Source: Candidatus Woesearchaeota archaeon (lineage in GTDB: Archaea; Nanobdellota; Nanobdellia; SCGC-AAA011-G17; UBA489). From it: a DNA stretch of 42,492 nucleotides. Each line of letters opens with the position of its first letter. The first letter of the stretch is position 1. The position numbers and the translations under genes were made by a program. Under the pieces are notes generated by a model that did no database searches, was not told where the DNA came from, and saw only the letters and a list, made by a program, of their open reading frames with translations. The stretch spans positions 1 through 42,492 of the forward strand of contig JABIPM010000012.1 of NCBI GenBank assembly GCA_018658955.1, in the 5' to 3' direction. Positions 8,629-17,497 of this stretch are shown in pieces.

Positions 8629-10638
8629 TTAATCAAACATACTAAACATATTGCCTGTAGGTTCATCATCATCTTTTTTCTTCTTTTTTTCAGATTCAGT
8701 TTCATTAGTCCTATCTAAGTTAGAAATCCTATTTTGGTATTGTGGACTTTCGCTATAAGACCTTACTCCGTCATCTCTGGTCCATTCTTTTTTAACACCT
8801 CTAAACACATTATTTACCACTAAACTTTCACTAGAAACCTTCTGTTTCTTACTGAATATCCTTGAAAACAAACCTGATTTCTTAACCGGATTTACTCTTG
8901 CTCTTTCTTTAAATCCCCTAACTCTTTCCATATAAGCTTTATATTTCTTAACATGGTCTTCTTCACTAATAACTCTACTCATAGAAGCACCACCATATTC
9001 TCCTTGTTTTCCCTTAGGAACAATGTTTCTAGAGTGCATAGTTTTCATTATTCTTTTTCTCAATCTTTTTTTACTGCCTTTCCAAATCATCCACAACATG
9101 ATAATCACCCATACAACTGCAACGTAAATTAACCAACTATAACTCATCCTTTTTACACCCATGATTTCAACAGCTTCAAATGAATTTTCATTAACAACAA
9201 CATCATAAGTTCCAGTAATCATTCCAACACCTAGATCAATTCTTTCTTCTTGACCAACACCAAGATTAAGTTTATCGGAAATACTAGAAGTTTTAGCCAA
9301 ACTTTCTAACTCAATTTGTAACGGCCCTTCATAAGGGATATTTCCCACATTTTTAACTACTAAAGTTTGTCCATCTAAACTATACTCTAATTTCAAAACT
9401 TGTCCAACAACAAATATTTTTTCACCTTCGACATTACCATAGTATCCTCTAATAAAATAATTTCCAGGTTCAACATCTGCATCTAAAGTAATTGTAAATT
9501 GTTCACCTGAATTTTGAACACTATCAAAGAAAATATCTTCATCTTCATTCTCCACCTTAATTGTAATTGAATCCTCAATAACTTCACCCGCTTGATCTTT
9601 CAAAAAAGCCTTAATTTCCATACTTTCACCAGGGTTAATGGCTTCTTTTGCTCCTGCAATCGTTATTTTAGATGGAATCGCATCAACGATTATTGAAAAG
9701 GTATATGTGCCAAAATTACCAAATTCATCCTCTATTCTAACATTAATGTCCTGTTTTCCGCTAGTAATAGTATTTAATAAATAAAAGTCTAAATCAAAAT
9801 TACCATTTCTCAAGTCTTCTTCATACTTTTCTTCACCTATGCTAACATAAACAGTTCCTTTTTTCAACTTTCCACCAAGTACACTAGCAGTACCTTCCAT
9901 CTTTACTTTTTCTTTAGGTAAATAGTGCACTTTCGCAGTATGGGCGTTAACTTCAATTTTATTAATCAAAACAAAAGAACCAGCATTAATCAAAACAGAA
10001 TTTCCAAAACCATTTCTAATTTCAACAGTTACTAAATATTCACCACCTGGAACATCCCTGGTATTAATTTCAAAAACCACTTTACCTTCTTCAACCTCTA
10101 CAGAATCTGAGAAATAAATTCCACCCTCTTTTTTCAAAGTGATTATTGCAAATCCTTCAACAGGAGTTCCATCTTGTTTGAAACTTTTTCCGCTTATTTT
10201 AATTTCTTCACCAGCCTGAATATTTTCTTTATTTATTCCCACAGTTCCAGTCAGAGCAGTTGTAACCACAAAGTTACTTGAACTTTTAATTTCTAATACA
10301 CTTTCAAAATTATCTAAACTAACATCAACATTACAATTTCCTTCATTTAAAGAAACAATTGCAAACTCTTCACTGAAATCTTTTTTAACACCTGATTTCA
10401 AACTAACACTTCTAACCATTAATACATCTTTTTCAGAACCACATACCAATTCAAATTTTAATAATCCTAATGCATCATCGGTTCTAAGTACATAACCACT
10501 AATAGTAATGTCATCACCAATATTAACGGCAGTTTGTTCAGGACCATTTACAATAATCTCCGCATTAACAAAGCCAATACTAACTAATAAAAATAATCCT
10601 ACAAAAAGCCCAAAAACTCCCCTCTTTATACTTCCCAT
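8629..10638 (-). CDS. Large exported surface protein: signal peptide, beta-rich Ig-like region, TM anchor, charged tail
   Basis: Signal peptide ending VNA, beta-strand-rich body, TM segment WLIYVAVVWVIIMLWMIW followed by a K/R cluster. Confidence 0.75.
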   Translation of the reverse strand: MGSIKRGVFGLFVGLFLLVSIGFVNAEIIVNGPEQTAVNIGDDITISGYVLRTDDALGLLKFELVCGSEKDVLMVRSVSLKSGVKKDFSEEFAIVSLNEGNCNVDVSLDNFESVLEIKSSSNFVVTTALTGTVGINKENIQAGEEIKISGKSFKQDGTPVEGFAIITLKKEGGIYFSDSVEVEEGKVVFEINTRDVPGGEYLVTVEIRNGFGNSVLINAGSFVLINKIEVNAHTAKVHYLPKEKVKMEGTASVLGGKLKKGTVYVSIGEEKYEEDLRNGNFDLDFYLLNTITSGKQDINVRIEDEFGNFGTYTFSIIVDAIPSKITIAGAKEAINPGESMEIKAFLKDQAGEVIEDSITIKVENEDEDIFFDSVQNSGEQFTITLDADVEPGNYFIRGYYGNVEGEKIFVVGQVLKLEYSLDGQTLVVKNVGNIPYEGPLQIELESLAKTSSISDKLNLGVGQEERIDLGVGMITGTYDVVVNENSFEAVEIMGVKRMSYSWLIYVAVVWVIIMLWMIWKGSKKRLRKRIMKTMHSRNIVPKGKQGEYGGASMSRVISEEDHVKKYKAYMERVRGFKERARVNPVKKSGLFSRIFSKKQKVSSESLVVNNVFRGVKKEWTRDDGVRSYSESPQYQNRISNLDRTNETESEKKKKKDDDEPTGNMFSMFD

Positions 10639-10673
10639 AGGGAAGATAAGTAAATTATTCTTTATATTAGTTA

Positions 10674-10892
10674 CTAAAAAGGAAGTATGCCTAATCTATA
10701 CAAAGAGTATCCAATCCAAGCCAAAAATCCAAAATAAAAGAAAGCCCAAAGCTTAGTAATTGGCAAATATTTTGACATTGTTTTAAATTTAGCTTTATAG
10801 CCCTTCTTCTTAAACCAAGCTATATAATTACATACAATACTATCTGCAATGAATAAAAACCAGATTATTGCCTCAATTTCCATATTAATCAT
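10674..10892 (-). CDS. Small two-TM membrane protein
   Basis: Two hydrophobic segments separated by a basic loop. Confidence 0.65.
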   Translation of the reverse strand: MINMEIEAIIWFLFIADSIVCNYIAWFKKKGYKAKFKTMSKYLPITKLWAFFYFGFLAWIGYSLYRLGILPF

Positions 10893-10905
10893 TAGTCATA
10901 CTCAT

Positions 10906-10995
10906 TTATATTCTTTTTCTTCTTTCCGCAATTTTAGAAAAAAGCCCAACAATTAAACAAGCAATTAATATCATTACAATCCCTTCAGTTAACAT
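10906..10995 (-). CDS. Small 29-aa single-TM protein MLTEGIVMILIACLIVGLFSKIAERRKRI (not in ORF track)
   Basis: SD-like GAGGTGA just upstream; hydrophobic helix followed by a basic tail. Confidence 0.6.
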   Translation of the reverse strand: MLTEGIVMILIACLIVGLFSKIAERRKRI

Positions 10996-11027
10996 TTAAT
11001 CACCTCAAAAAAATAAAATAAAGAGAT

Positions 11028-11609
11028 TTATTTAATCTCAATTATTTCAATTTCAAAACTTAAATCCTTTCCAGCTAGTGGATGATTCAAATCCAATACA
11101 AGAATTTCTTCTTTGATTTCCAATATTGTTACAATCCCGATACCTGACGGACTTTGTAATAACATTTTAGCACCTACTTCTGGTTCAGCACCTTCCGGAA
11201 GTCTTTCTTTTGGATATTCAGCCTTTAATTCCGGATTATATGCCCCATATGCTTCATCTGAAGGAATTGATAATGTTTTTTCATCTCCTTTTTTCAAACC
11301 AAGTAATCTAGATTCAAATCCCTTAATTATGCTTTCATCTCCAACAGTAAATTCCAGTGGATCTTTTCCTTCTGAAGAATCAAATACGCTACCATCTTCT
11401 AAAGTACCAATATAATGGAGCTTTACAATACTTCCATCTTCAATGACTGGTGCACCATTCATAATAATGAATAAAGCAACTAGTACAAAAGCTGCAAGAG
11501 TTAAAATTCCTTTATTGTTACTCTTCTTAGTAGTTTTAGAAACCTTCTTAGAAGTTTTTTTTGTTACCGCCTTTTTAGCAGTTTTTTTCTTTATTGTTTT
11601 TTTCACCAT
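11028..11609 (-). CDS. FKBP-type (SlyD-like) peptidyl-prolyl isomerase with Lys-rich N-terminus and TM anchor
   Basis: HYIGTLEDGSVFDSS, EAYG and DLNHPLAGK motifs; SD AGGTGA. Confidence 0.9.
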   Translation of the reverse strand: MVKKTIKKKTAKKAVTKKTSKKVSKTTKKSNNKGILTLAAFVLVALFIIMNGAPVIEDGSIVKLHYIGTLEDGSVFDSSEGKDPLEFTVGDESIIKGFESRLLGLKKGDEKTLSIPSDEAYGAYNPELKAEYPKERLPEGAEPEVGAKMLLQSPSGIGIVTILEIKEEILVLDLNHPLAGKDLSFEIEIIEIK

Positions 11610-11671
11610 GTAAAAATCACCTAATCAACAAATCTTTCTCTAACTTATAAATATAACTATGCTAAAAACAC

Positions 11672-12253
11672 TTACTTTTCAAGCAAAATAAACTTTTTAT
11701 TTCCTTTTTGATGGCTAGCACCTTCATCCACAGTAGTCTCAACTTTAAATCCTGCAAATTTGAAACATTTAACCCATAATTCAAATTCCCCTTTAGATTG
11801 AGGATAGAATTGAATCACTCCCCTGCCTGTATTCTTTAACACTCTGAACATTTCTGAAGCAACCTTTTTGTAATTTTCAATCACTTCATCAACATTATTT
11901 CCATTAATCCATTGCATAGCGGAAATTGAAATTAAACCCTCAAAGTATTCATCACTATAATCTAAATCTAACATACTTCCTAACTTAACCTCAAAACCTT
12001 TTGACTTGGCAATCTTTACCATTTCTTCAGCGACATCAACACCACTAACCTCAAATCTGTTTTCTTTTAAAATTTCTAAAGAAAAACCAGTTCCACAACC
12101 AACATCCAAAACTTTTCCCGTTTTCAAACCTAACAATTCAATAGCTCTAGAAGTAATTTCGAACTGAACCTTTTTCATACCTGAACCTTTTTCATACTTC
12201 AAAGCTTCTTCTTTTCCATAATATTTGTTAGCATCTATTCCCAGAACATCCAT
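11672..12253 (-). CDS. Class I methyltransferase resembling Bud23/WBSCR22
   Basis: EALKY, RAIELLGL, LDVGCGTG, ISISAMQW, QFYP and AGF motifs. Confidence 0.75.
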   Translation of the reverse strand: MDVLGIDANKYYGKEEALKYEKGSGMKKVQFEITSRAIELLGLKTGKVLDVGCGTGFSLEILKENRFEVSGVDVAEEMVKIAKSKGFEVKLGSMLDLDYSDEYFEGLISISAMQWINGNNVDEVIENYKKVASEMFRVLKNTGRGVIQFYPQSKGEFELWVKCFKFAGFKVETTVDEGASHQKGNKKFILLEK

Positions 12254-12321
12254 ATTAATTCAAATTCTCCATAAAATTACACAAAATAAACTTTATAAAT
12301 ATACACATTAACCTCAACACT

Positions 12322-13812
12322 ATGAAAAAATTGAATGAGGTGATAGAATCTCTCCACCCATTAGAAAGAAGTGTTCTTAAACATTTAACCAATAATTTAA
12401 CAGCAACAGAATTAGCTTCGCTAGCAAATTTAAAGGAAGTAGAAGTTATGCGTGCATTACAATGGTTGGAACAAAAAGGTGTTCTTGAACTTAATCAAAC
12501 TAAAACAGAAACAATCGAAATTGGTGAAAATGGTAAAAATTATTTAGAAAATGGTTTTCCTGAAAAAAGATTTCTAAAATCAATAACAGCTAAACCTCAA
12601 CCGATGAATAAAATAAAAGATCTAGCATGTTTAGATAATAATGAATTTTCAATTTCATTAGGATTACTAAAAAGAAATAATTGTATCAAATTAGGAAAAG
12701 AAGCAGAAATAACTAAAGATGGGTTAAACCTACTAAAAGATAAAACACAAGAAGACTTTCTTAAACAATTACCAAAATCTTTAGATAATCTAACAAAAGA
12801 ACAAATAGGAATAGAAATAGAATTATCAAAAAGAAAAGACATAATCAAAACAGAAACAAGAAAAATATTCACATTAAAACTTTTAAAATTCGGAAAAGAA
12901 ATTTTAAATTCTAAAATAAATTTAGATTTAATTGACACTTTAACTCCAGAAATAATCAAAACAGGCACATGGAAAAATAAAAAATTCAGAAGATATACAA
13001 TAGATGCTTCTGTAGGTGAAACTTATGCTGCAAAGAGGCACATGGTTGCCCAGGCAAGAAATTACATCAGACAAGTTTGGTTAGATATGGGTTTTAAAGA
13101 AATGTCTGGACCCATGGTTGAGTCATCATTCTGGAATTTTGATGCATTATTCACTCCTCAAGATCACCCAGCGAGAGAAATGCAAGACACTTTCTTCATA
13201 GAAGGTTCAAAAAAATCACCAGATAAGAAATTATTATCACAAATAAAAAAACAACATGAAACTAAATGGAATTACAAGTGGGAAGAAAAACCCTCAAAGG
13301 AATTAGTTCTAAGAACACATACAACATCAACAACAGCAAGAACATTAGCAAACTTAAAAGAATCAGATTTTCCTGCTAAATTCTTCTCAGTTAACAGAGT
13401 GTTTAGAAATGAAGCATTAGATTGGTCTCATTTATTTGAATTAAATCAAGTAGAAGGAATTGTAGTTGATCCAAATGCAACATTTCAAGATTTAATTGGA
13501 TATCTTAAACAATATTATAGTAAATTAGGTTATGACAAAATAAGAATCAGACCAGCTTATTTCCCTTATGTGGAACCAGGATTAGAAATTGATGCTTTCC
13601 ATCCAAAGAAAAAGAAATGGGTTGAGTTAGGTGGTGCAGGAATTTTAAGACCAGAAGTAGTAATTCCATTGCTAGGAAAAGACATTCCAGTTTTAGCATG
13701 GGGTCAAGGATTAGAAAGAGGAATATCAGAATATTATACCATAACAGATATTAGAGAATTATACAAAAATGATCTTAAACAATTAAGAAACTCAAAGGTA
13801 TGGTTGAAATAA
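12322..13812 (+). CDS. pheS: Phenylalanyl-tRNA synthetase alpha subunit (archaeal type)
   Basis: FWNFDALF.PQDHPAREMQDTF, LRTHTT, FRNE, YFPYVEP and GLER motifs; long N-terminal extension. Confidence 0.97.
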   Translation: MKKLNEVIESLHPLERSVLKHLTNNLTATELASLANLKEVEVMRALQWLEQKGVLELNQTKTETIEIGENGKNYLENGFPEKRFLKSITAKPQPMNKIKDLACLDNNEFSISLGLLKRNNCIKLGKEAEITKDGLNLLKDKTQEDFLKQLPKSLDNLTKEQIGIEIELSKRKDIIKTETRKIFTLKLLKFGKEILNSKINLDLIDTLTPEIIKTGTWKNKKFRRYTIDASVGETYAAKRHMVAQARNYIRQVWLDMGFKEMSGPMVESSFWNFDALFTPQDHPAREMQDTFFIEGSKKSPDKKLLSQIKKQHETKWNYKWEEKPSKELVLRTHTTSTTARTLANLKESDFPAKFFSVNRVFRNEALDWSHLFELNQVEGIVVDPNATFQDLIGYLKQYYSKLGYDKIRIRPAYFPYVEPGLEIDAFHPKKKKWVELGGAGILRPEVVIPLLGKDIPVLAWGQGLERGISEYYTITDIRELYKNDLKQLRNSKVWLK

Positions 13813-13813
13813 A

Positions 13814-15424
13814 ATGCCAAAAATAACATTAAACAAAAAAGAAACATTGAAACTAGTTGGGAAAAACATTCCAGACAAACAATTAGAAGAATCAATCCCT
13901 TTATTGGGTACAGATTTAGAAAGAGTAACCAAAGACAAAATAGAAGTAGAAATTTTTCCCAATAGGCCAGATATGTTATCTGAAGAAGGGTTTGCAAGAG
14001 CACTTTCTTCATTCATGGGAATTAAAACAGGGCTAAAAAGTTACAAAGTAAACTCTTCAAAATACAAATATATAATAGATTCAAAAGTAAAATCTGTTAG
14101 GCCTTACTGTGGTGCTGCAGTAGTAAAGGGAGTTAAATTCACAGAAGCTTCTTTAACCGGTTTCATGAACTTACAAGACAAATTACACACAACTCACGGA
14201 AGAAATAGGGCTAAGGTTGCAATGGGCGCTCACGATTTAACGAATGTTTCTTTTCCAATAAAATACACTACTAAACCCAGAAGTTTCAAATTTCGAGCAT
14301 TAGGTGATTCTGAAGAAAATACAATTTCATACATACTACAAGAACATCCAAAAGGTTCAGCATATGCGCATATTTTAGACAAAAAAGAAGTACCTATTTG
14401 GATTGATTCAAAAAACCAAGTACTTAGTATGCCCCCAATTATTAATTCAGAACAAACTAAATTAACAATTAAATCAAAAGATATTTTATTAGATGTTACT
14501 GGAAGTTCTCAAGAATCGGTAGATCAAGCGTTGAATATATTAGTTACTGCCTTAGCAGACCGTAGTGGAAAAATTTATTCAGTAAATAACCAACCTAAAT
14601 TAAAACCGCACAAACTAAAAGTAAATATTAACAAAGTAAACAAATTACTGGGATTAAATTTAAAGAAATCAGAAATTTCAAAACTCTTAGCAAAAATGGG
14701 GATGAAGTATTCTCCTTCAACTTCAAGCGTTGAATATCCTGCATACAGAACAGATATTTTAAGTGAAGTAGACATTGTTGAAGAAATTGCAATTGCTTAT
14801 GGTTACAATAATTTTTCTTCAAGTATTCCCAATATTTCTACAATAGCTCAAGAAGATCCTTTTGAAAAATTCAAAAACATAATTGCAAATATTTGTACAG
14901 GTTTAGGATTACAAGAAGTTTCAAGTTATCATTTATCTAACTTAGAAGATGAAACAACAAAAATGAAACTAAACTTAAAACCAATCAAAATAAAGAATTC
15001 GATTAGTTCCGAATATAACGTGTTAAGGCCTACAATTACACCCTCATTACTAAATGTTCTAAAAATTAACAGGCACAACGAATATCCTCAAAATATTTTT
15101 GAAATGGGTAATGTCTTCCTAAAAAATGGAAATAATATTGAAGAACCTACAAGAATCGGTATAGCATTATGTCATTCAAAGGCAGACTACACAGAAGCAA
15201 AAAAAGCATTAGATTCAATTCTTTCTTCATTAGGACTAACCGGCAAATATGAATCAACAGATCATCCTTCATTTATACCTGGAAGAGTGGCAAGAGTTTC
15301 AATAAAGAACAAAAAGGTAGCATATGTTGGTGAACTTCACCCAGAAGTATTAAACAATTTTGACATCGATACTCCTACTGCAACAATAGAACTTAATTTA
15401 ACAGAAATATTTAGTTTAATCTAA
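13814..15424 (+). CDS. pheT: Phenylalanyl-tRNA synthetase beta subunit (archaeal type)
   Basis: PNRPDMLS, QDKLH, SMPPIINS, RTDI..EVDIVEEIAIAYGY and GELHP motifs. Confidence 0.96.
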   Translation: MPKITLNKKETLKLVGKNIPDKQLEESIPLLGTDLERVTKDKIEVEIFPNRPDMLSEEGFARALSSFMGIKTGLKSYKVNSSKYKYIIDSKVKSVRPYCGAAVVKGVKFTEASLTGFMNLQDKLHTTHGRNRAKVAMGAHDLTNVSFPIKYTTKPRSFKFRALGDSEENTISYILQEHPKGSAYAHILDKKEVPIWIDSKNQVLSMPPIINSEQTKLTIKSKDILLDVTGSSQESVDQALNILVTALADRSGKIYSVNNQPKLKPHKLKVNINKVNKLLGLNLKKSEISKLLAKMGMKYSPSTSSVEYPAYRTDILSEVDIVEEIAIAYGYNNFSSSIPNISTIAQEDPFEKFKNIIANICTGLGLQEVSSYHLSNLEDETTKMKLNLKPIKIKNSISSEYNVLRPTITPSLLNVLKINRHNEYPQNIFEMGNVFLKNGNNIEEPTRIGIALCHSKADYTEAKKALDSILSSLGLTGKYESTDHPSFIPGRVARVSIKNKKVAYVGELHPEVLNNFDIDTPTATIELNLTEIFSLI

Positions 15425-15780
15425 ATCAAACTGCCATATGCTCTTTGATCATTTTCACCATAAGAATAGAACCCTTTTACATCTGCTTTAAATGCAACCT
15501 CGCCTAAAAAATTCTTTAAACACTTGGCTTCTTCTGTAAGAATTGAATAAACATGTTCATTAAATGCATATTTTGGAATATTATTTGCCTTAATTAACAA
15601 TTCTTCATTTTCAGTTAGAATTTCCAAATAAGCAATTTCATTACCATTTTTTAAGCATCTTTGATAATTTAATATTAGATTGGAAGAATTTCTAAGTTTG
15701 GATTTCAGAGCACTTGATAAAATCAAATTATTATTTTCCTTATTGATTGAAGTTACTAAATATGACATAACCTTAAGCAA
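15421..15780 (-). CDS. Hypothetical protein (start probably ATG at 15768)
   Basis: ORF in free space with a TATA-like element upstream. Confidence 0.5.
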   Translation of the reverse strand: MLKVMSYLVTSINKENNNLILSSALKSKLRNSSNLILNYQRCLKNGNEIAYLEILTENEELLIKANNIPKYAFNEHVYSILTEEAKCLKNFLGEVAFKADVKGFYSYGENDQRAYGSLI

Positions 15781-15815
15781 AAATAAGCCTATATAAAATT
15801 ACCTAAATACAGTAG

Positions 15816-15833
15816 TAAAAAGGTACCTTTTTA
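15816..15833. promoter_or_regulatory. Perfect 18-bp palindrome TAAAAAGGTACCTTTTTA overlapping the TATA box of the chorismate mutase/U32 pair
   Basis: Read directly from the sequence. Confidence 0.4.
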
Positions 15834-15856
15834 AACAAATTCTCTAAAAAACAGTT

Positions 15857-16096
15857 ATGGATGAAATAAACAAATTAAGAGAAAAATTAGATAAAATAGA
15901 TCTAAAACTCCTAAAAACACTGTTTAAACGAAATAAAATAACTTCAAAAATAAAGAAAATAAAAAAAGAAAATGAACTGAAATTAGAGGATAAAACCAGA
16001 GAAAAAACCATATTAAACCGCTTAAATTCAAAAAAATTAATATCTAAAAAAACACTAGAAAATATCTACAAAGAAATATTCAAACAATCAAAATGA
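15857..16096 (+). CDS. AroQ-type (CM_2) chorismate mutase-like protein
   Basis: LRE.LD.ID..L...L..R, K, D..RE and terminal S pattern of AroQ. Confidence 0.8.
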   Translation: MDEINKLREKLDKIDLKLLKTLFKRNKITSKIKKIKKENELKLEDKTREKTILNRLNSKKLISKKTLENIYKEIFKQSK

Positions 16097-17421
16097 AAAC
16101 AGAATTATTAGCACCAGTAGGAGATTGGGAAACCATGCAGGCAGCAATAGATGCTGGTGCAGATGCAGTATACTTTGGAATCAAATGGATTAACATGCGT
16201 TCTTCTTCAGCAAGAAACTTTGACATAGAAGAATTACCCAAAGTTATGGAAAAATTACACAAAAATAATGTAAAGGGATTCATTGCATTAAACACCTTAA
16301 TTTATGATCACGAATTAAAAAAAGTCGAAGATATAATTGACGCAGCAAAAAAAGCAAAAGTTGATGCAGTTATTGCGGCAGATACTGCAATTCTTCAATT
16401 ATGTAATGATAAGGATGTTGAAGTTCATATTTCAACTCAAGAATCAGTCTCAAATTATCAGGCAGTAAAGTTTTTCTCAAATTTTTCACCAAGAATTGTT
16501 CTAGCAAGAGAATGTACTTTAGACCAAATCAAAGAAATAAAAAAGAAAATAAAACAAGACAAATTAAAATACAAAGGAAGAGAAATAGAATTAGAAACCT
16601 TCATCCATGGTTCTTTATGTGTGGCATATTCTGGAAGATGTTTCATGTCTCAACACCATAACAGACTTTCAGCAAACAGAGGGCAATGTTTACAAGAATG
16701 TAGAAAGAAATACAAAATCACAGATTTAGAAGATCCAAGAAGAGAATTTCACATAGAAGATAATTACATTCTTTCACCAAAAGATCTTTGTACTTTACCG
16801 ATTTTAGATAAATTAGTTGATGCAGGAATCAATGTTCTAAAAATAGAGGGGAGAGCAAAAGGACCAGAATATATTTACACAGTAACAAAAGCCTACAGAA
16901 CTGCACTAGATTTAATAGAAAATAAAGAATTCACCCAAGAAAAAGCAGTAACATTAACAGAAGAACTAAAAAAAGTATTCAATCGAGGATTTACAACGAA
17001 TTTTTATTTAGGAACACCAACTAATGATTCATGGACTAAATTCTATGGTTCATCTGCAACAGAGAAAAAAGTAAAATTGGGACAAGTAGATAATTATTTC
17101 ACCAAAACAAATATTGTTTCTTTCAAAATCGAACAAAACGAATTAAATCAAGGCGATGAAGTATGTTTTACTGGTCCCACGACAGGATTTTACAAAACCC
17201 AAGTAAATGAACTGTGGGTCAATGAAAAGCCTTCAAAAGAAGCTAAAAAAGGTGATGAAGTAACATTCAAAACAGAAAAGAGATTAAGAATTTCAGATAC
17301 GGCCTTCAAAATAGAAAAAAGAGATGTAAATAAAGAAGAACAAGAAATCAGAGAAAGATGTGAAAAAATAGGCATCCATAAACCATTCAAATTCTTAAAA
17401 AAAGACAAAGGAATGAAATGA
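16093..17421 (+). CDS. Peptidase U32-family Fe-S protein (TrhP/RlhA-like RNA hydroxylase)
   Basis: ELLAP, GADAVY, E.F.HGSLCVAYSGRC, NRGQC.Q.CR, LSPKDLC and LKIEGR motifs; C-terminal beta-barrel. Confidence 0.9.
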   Translation: MKTELLAPVGDWETMQAAIDAGADAVYFGIKWINMRSSSARNFDIEELPKVMEKLHKNNVKGFIALNTLIYDHELKKVEDIIDAAKKAKVDAVIAADTAILQLCNDKDVEVHISTQESVSNYQAVKFFSNFSPRIVLARECTLDQIKEIKKKIKQDKLKYKGREIELETFIHGSLCVAYSGRCFMSQHHNRLSANRGQCLQECRKKYKITDLEDPRREFHIEDNYILSPKDLCTLPILDKLVDAGINVLKIEGRAKGPEYIYTVTKAYRTALDLIENKEFTQEKAVTLTEELKKVFNRGFTTNFYLGTPTNDSWTKFYGSSATEKKVKLGQVDNYFTKTNIVSFKIEQNELNQGDEVCFTGPTTGFYKTQVNELWVNEKPSKEAKKGDEVTFKTEKRLRISDTAFKIEKRDVNKEEQEIRERCEKIGIHKPFKFLKKDKGMK

Positions 17422-17497
17422 TTTATAAAAAAACTCAAATATAACAATAAAACTAAACAAATTTATTTAAACTAAAATCTCAGATTTCTAACACGCA

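Noticed and set aside
10631..10645. Palindrome CTTCCC-ATA-GGGAAG over the start codon of the surface-protein gene
   Set aside because: Only 6-bp arms and a single occurrence; cannot be told from chance.
11510..11609. Repetitive-looking T-rich DNA
   Set aside because: Explained by the Lys-rich N-terminus of the PPIase; not a tandem DNA repeat.
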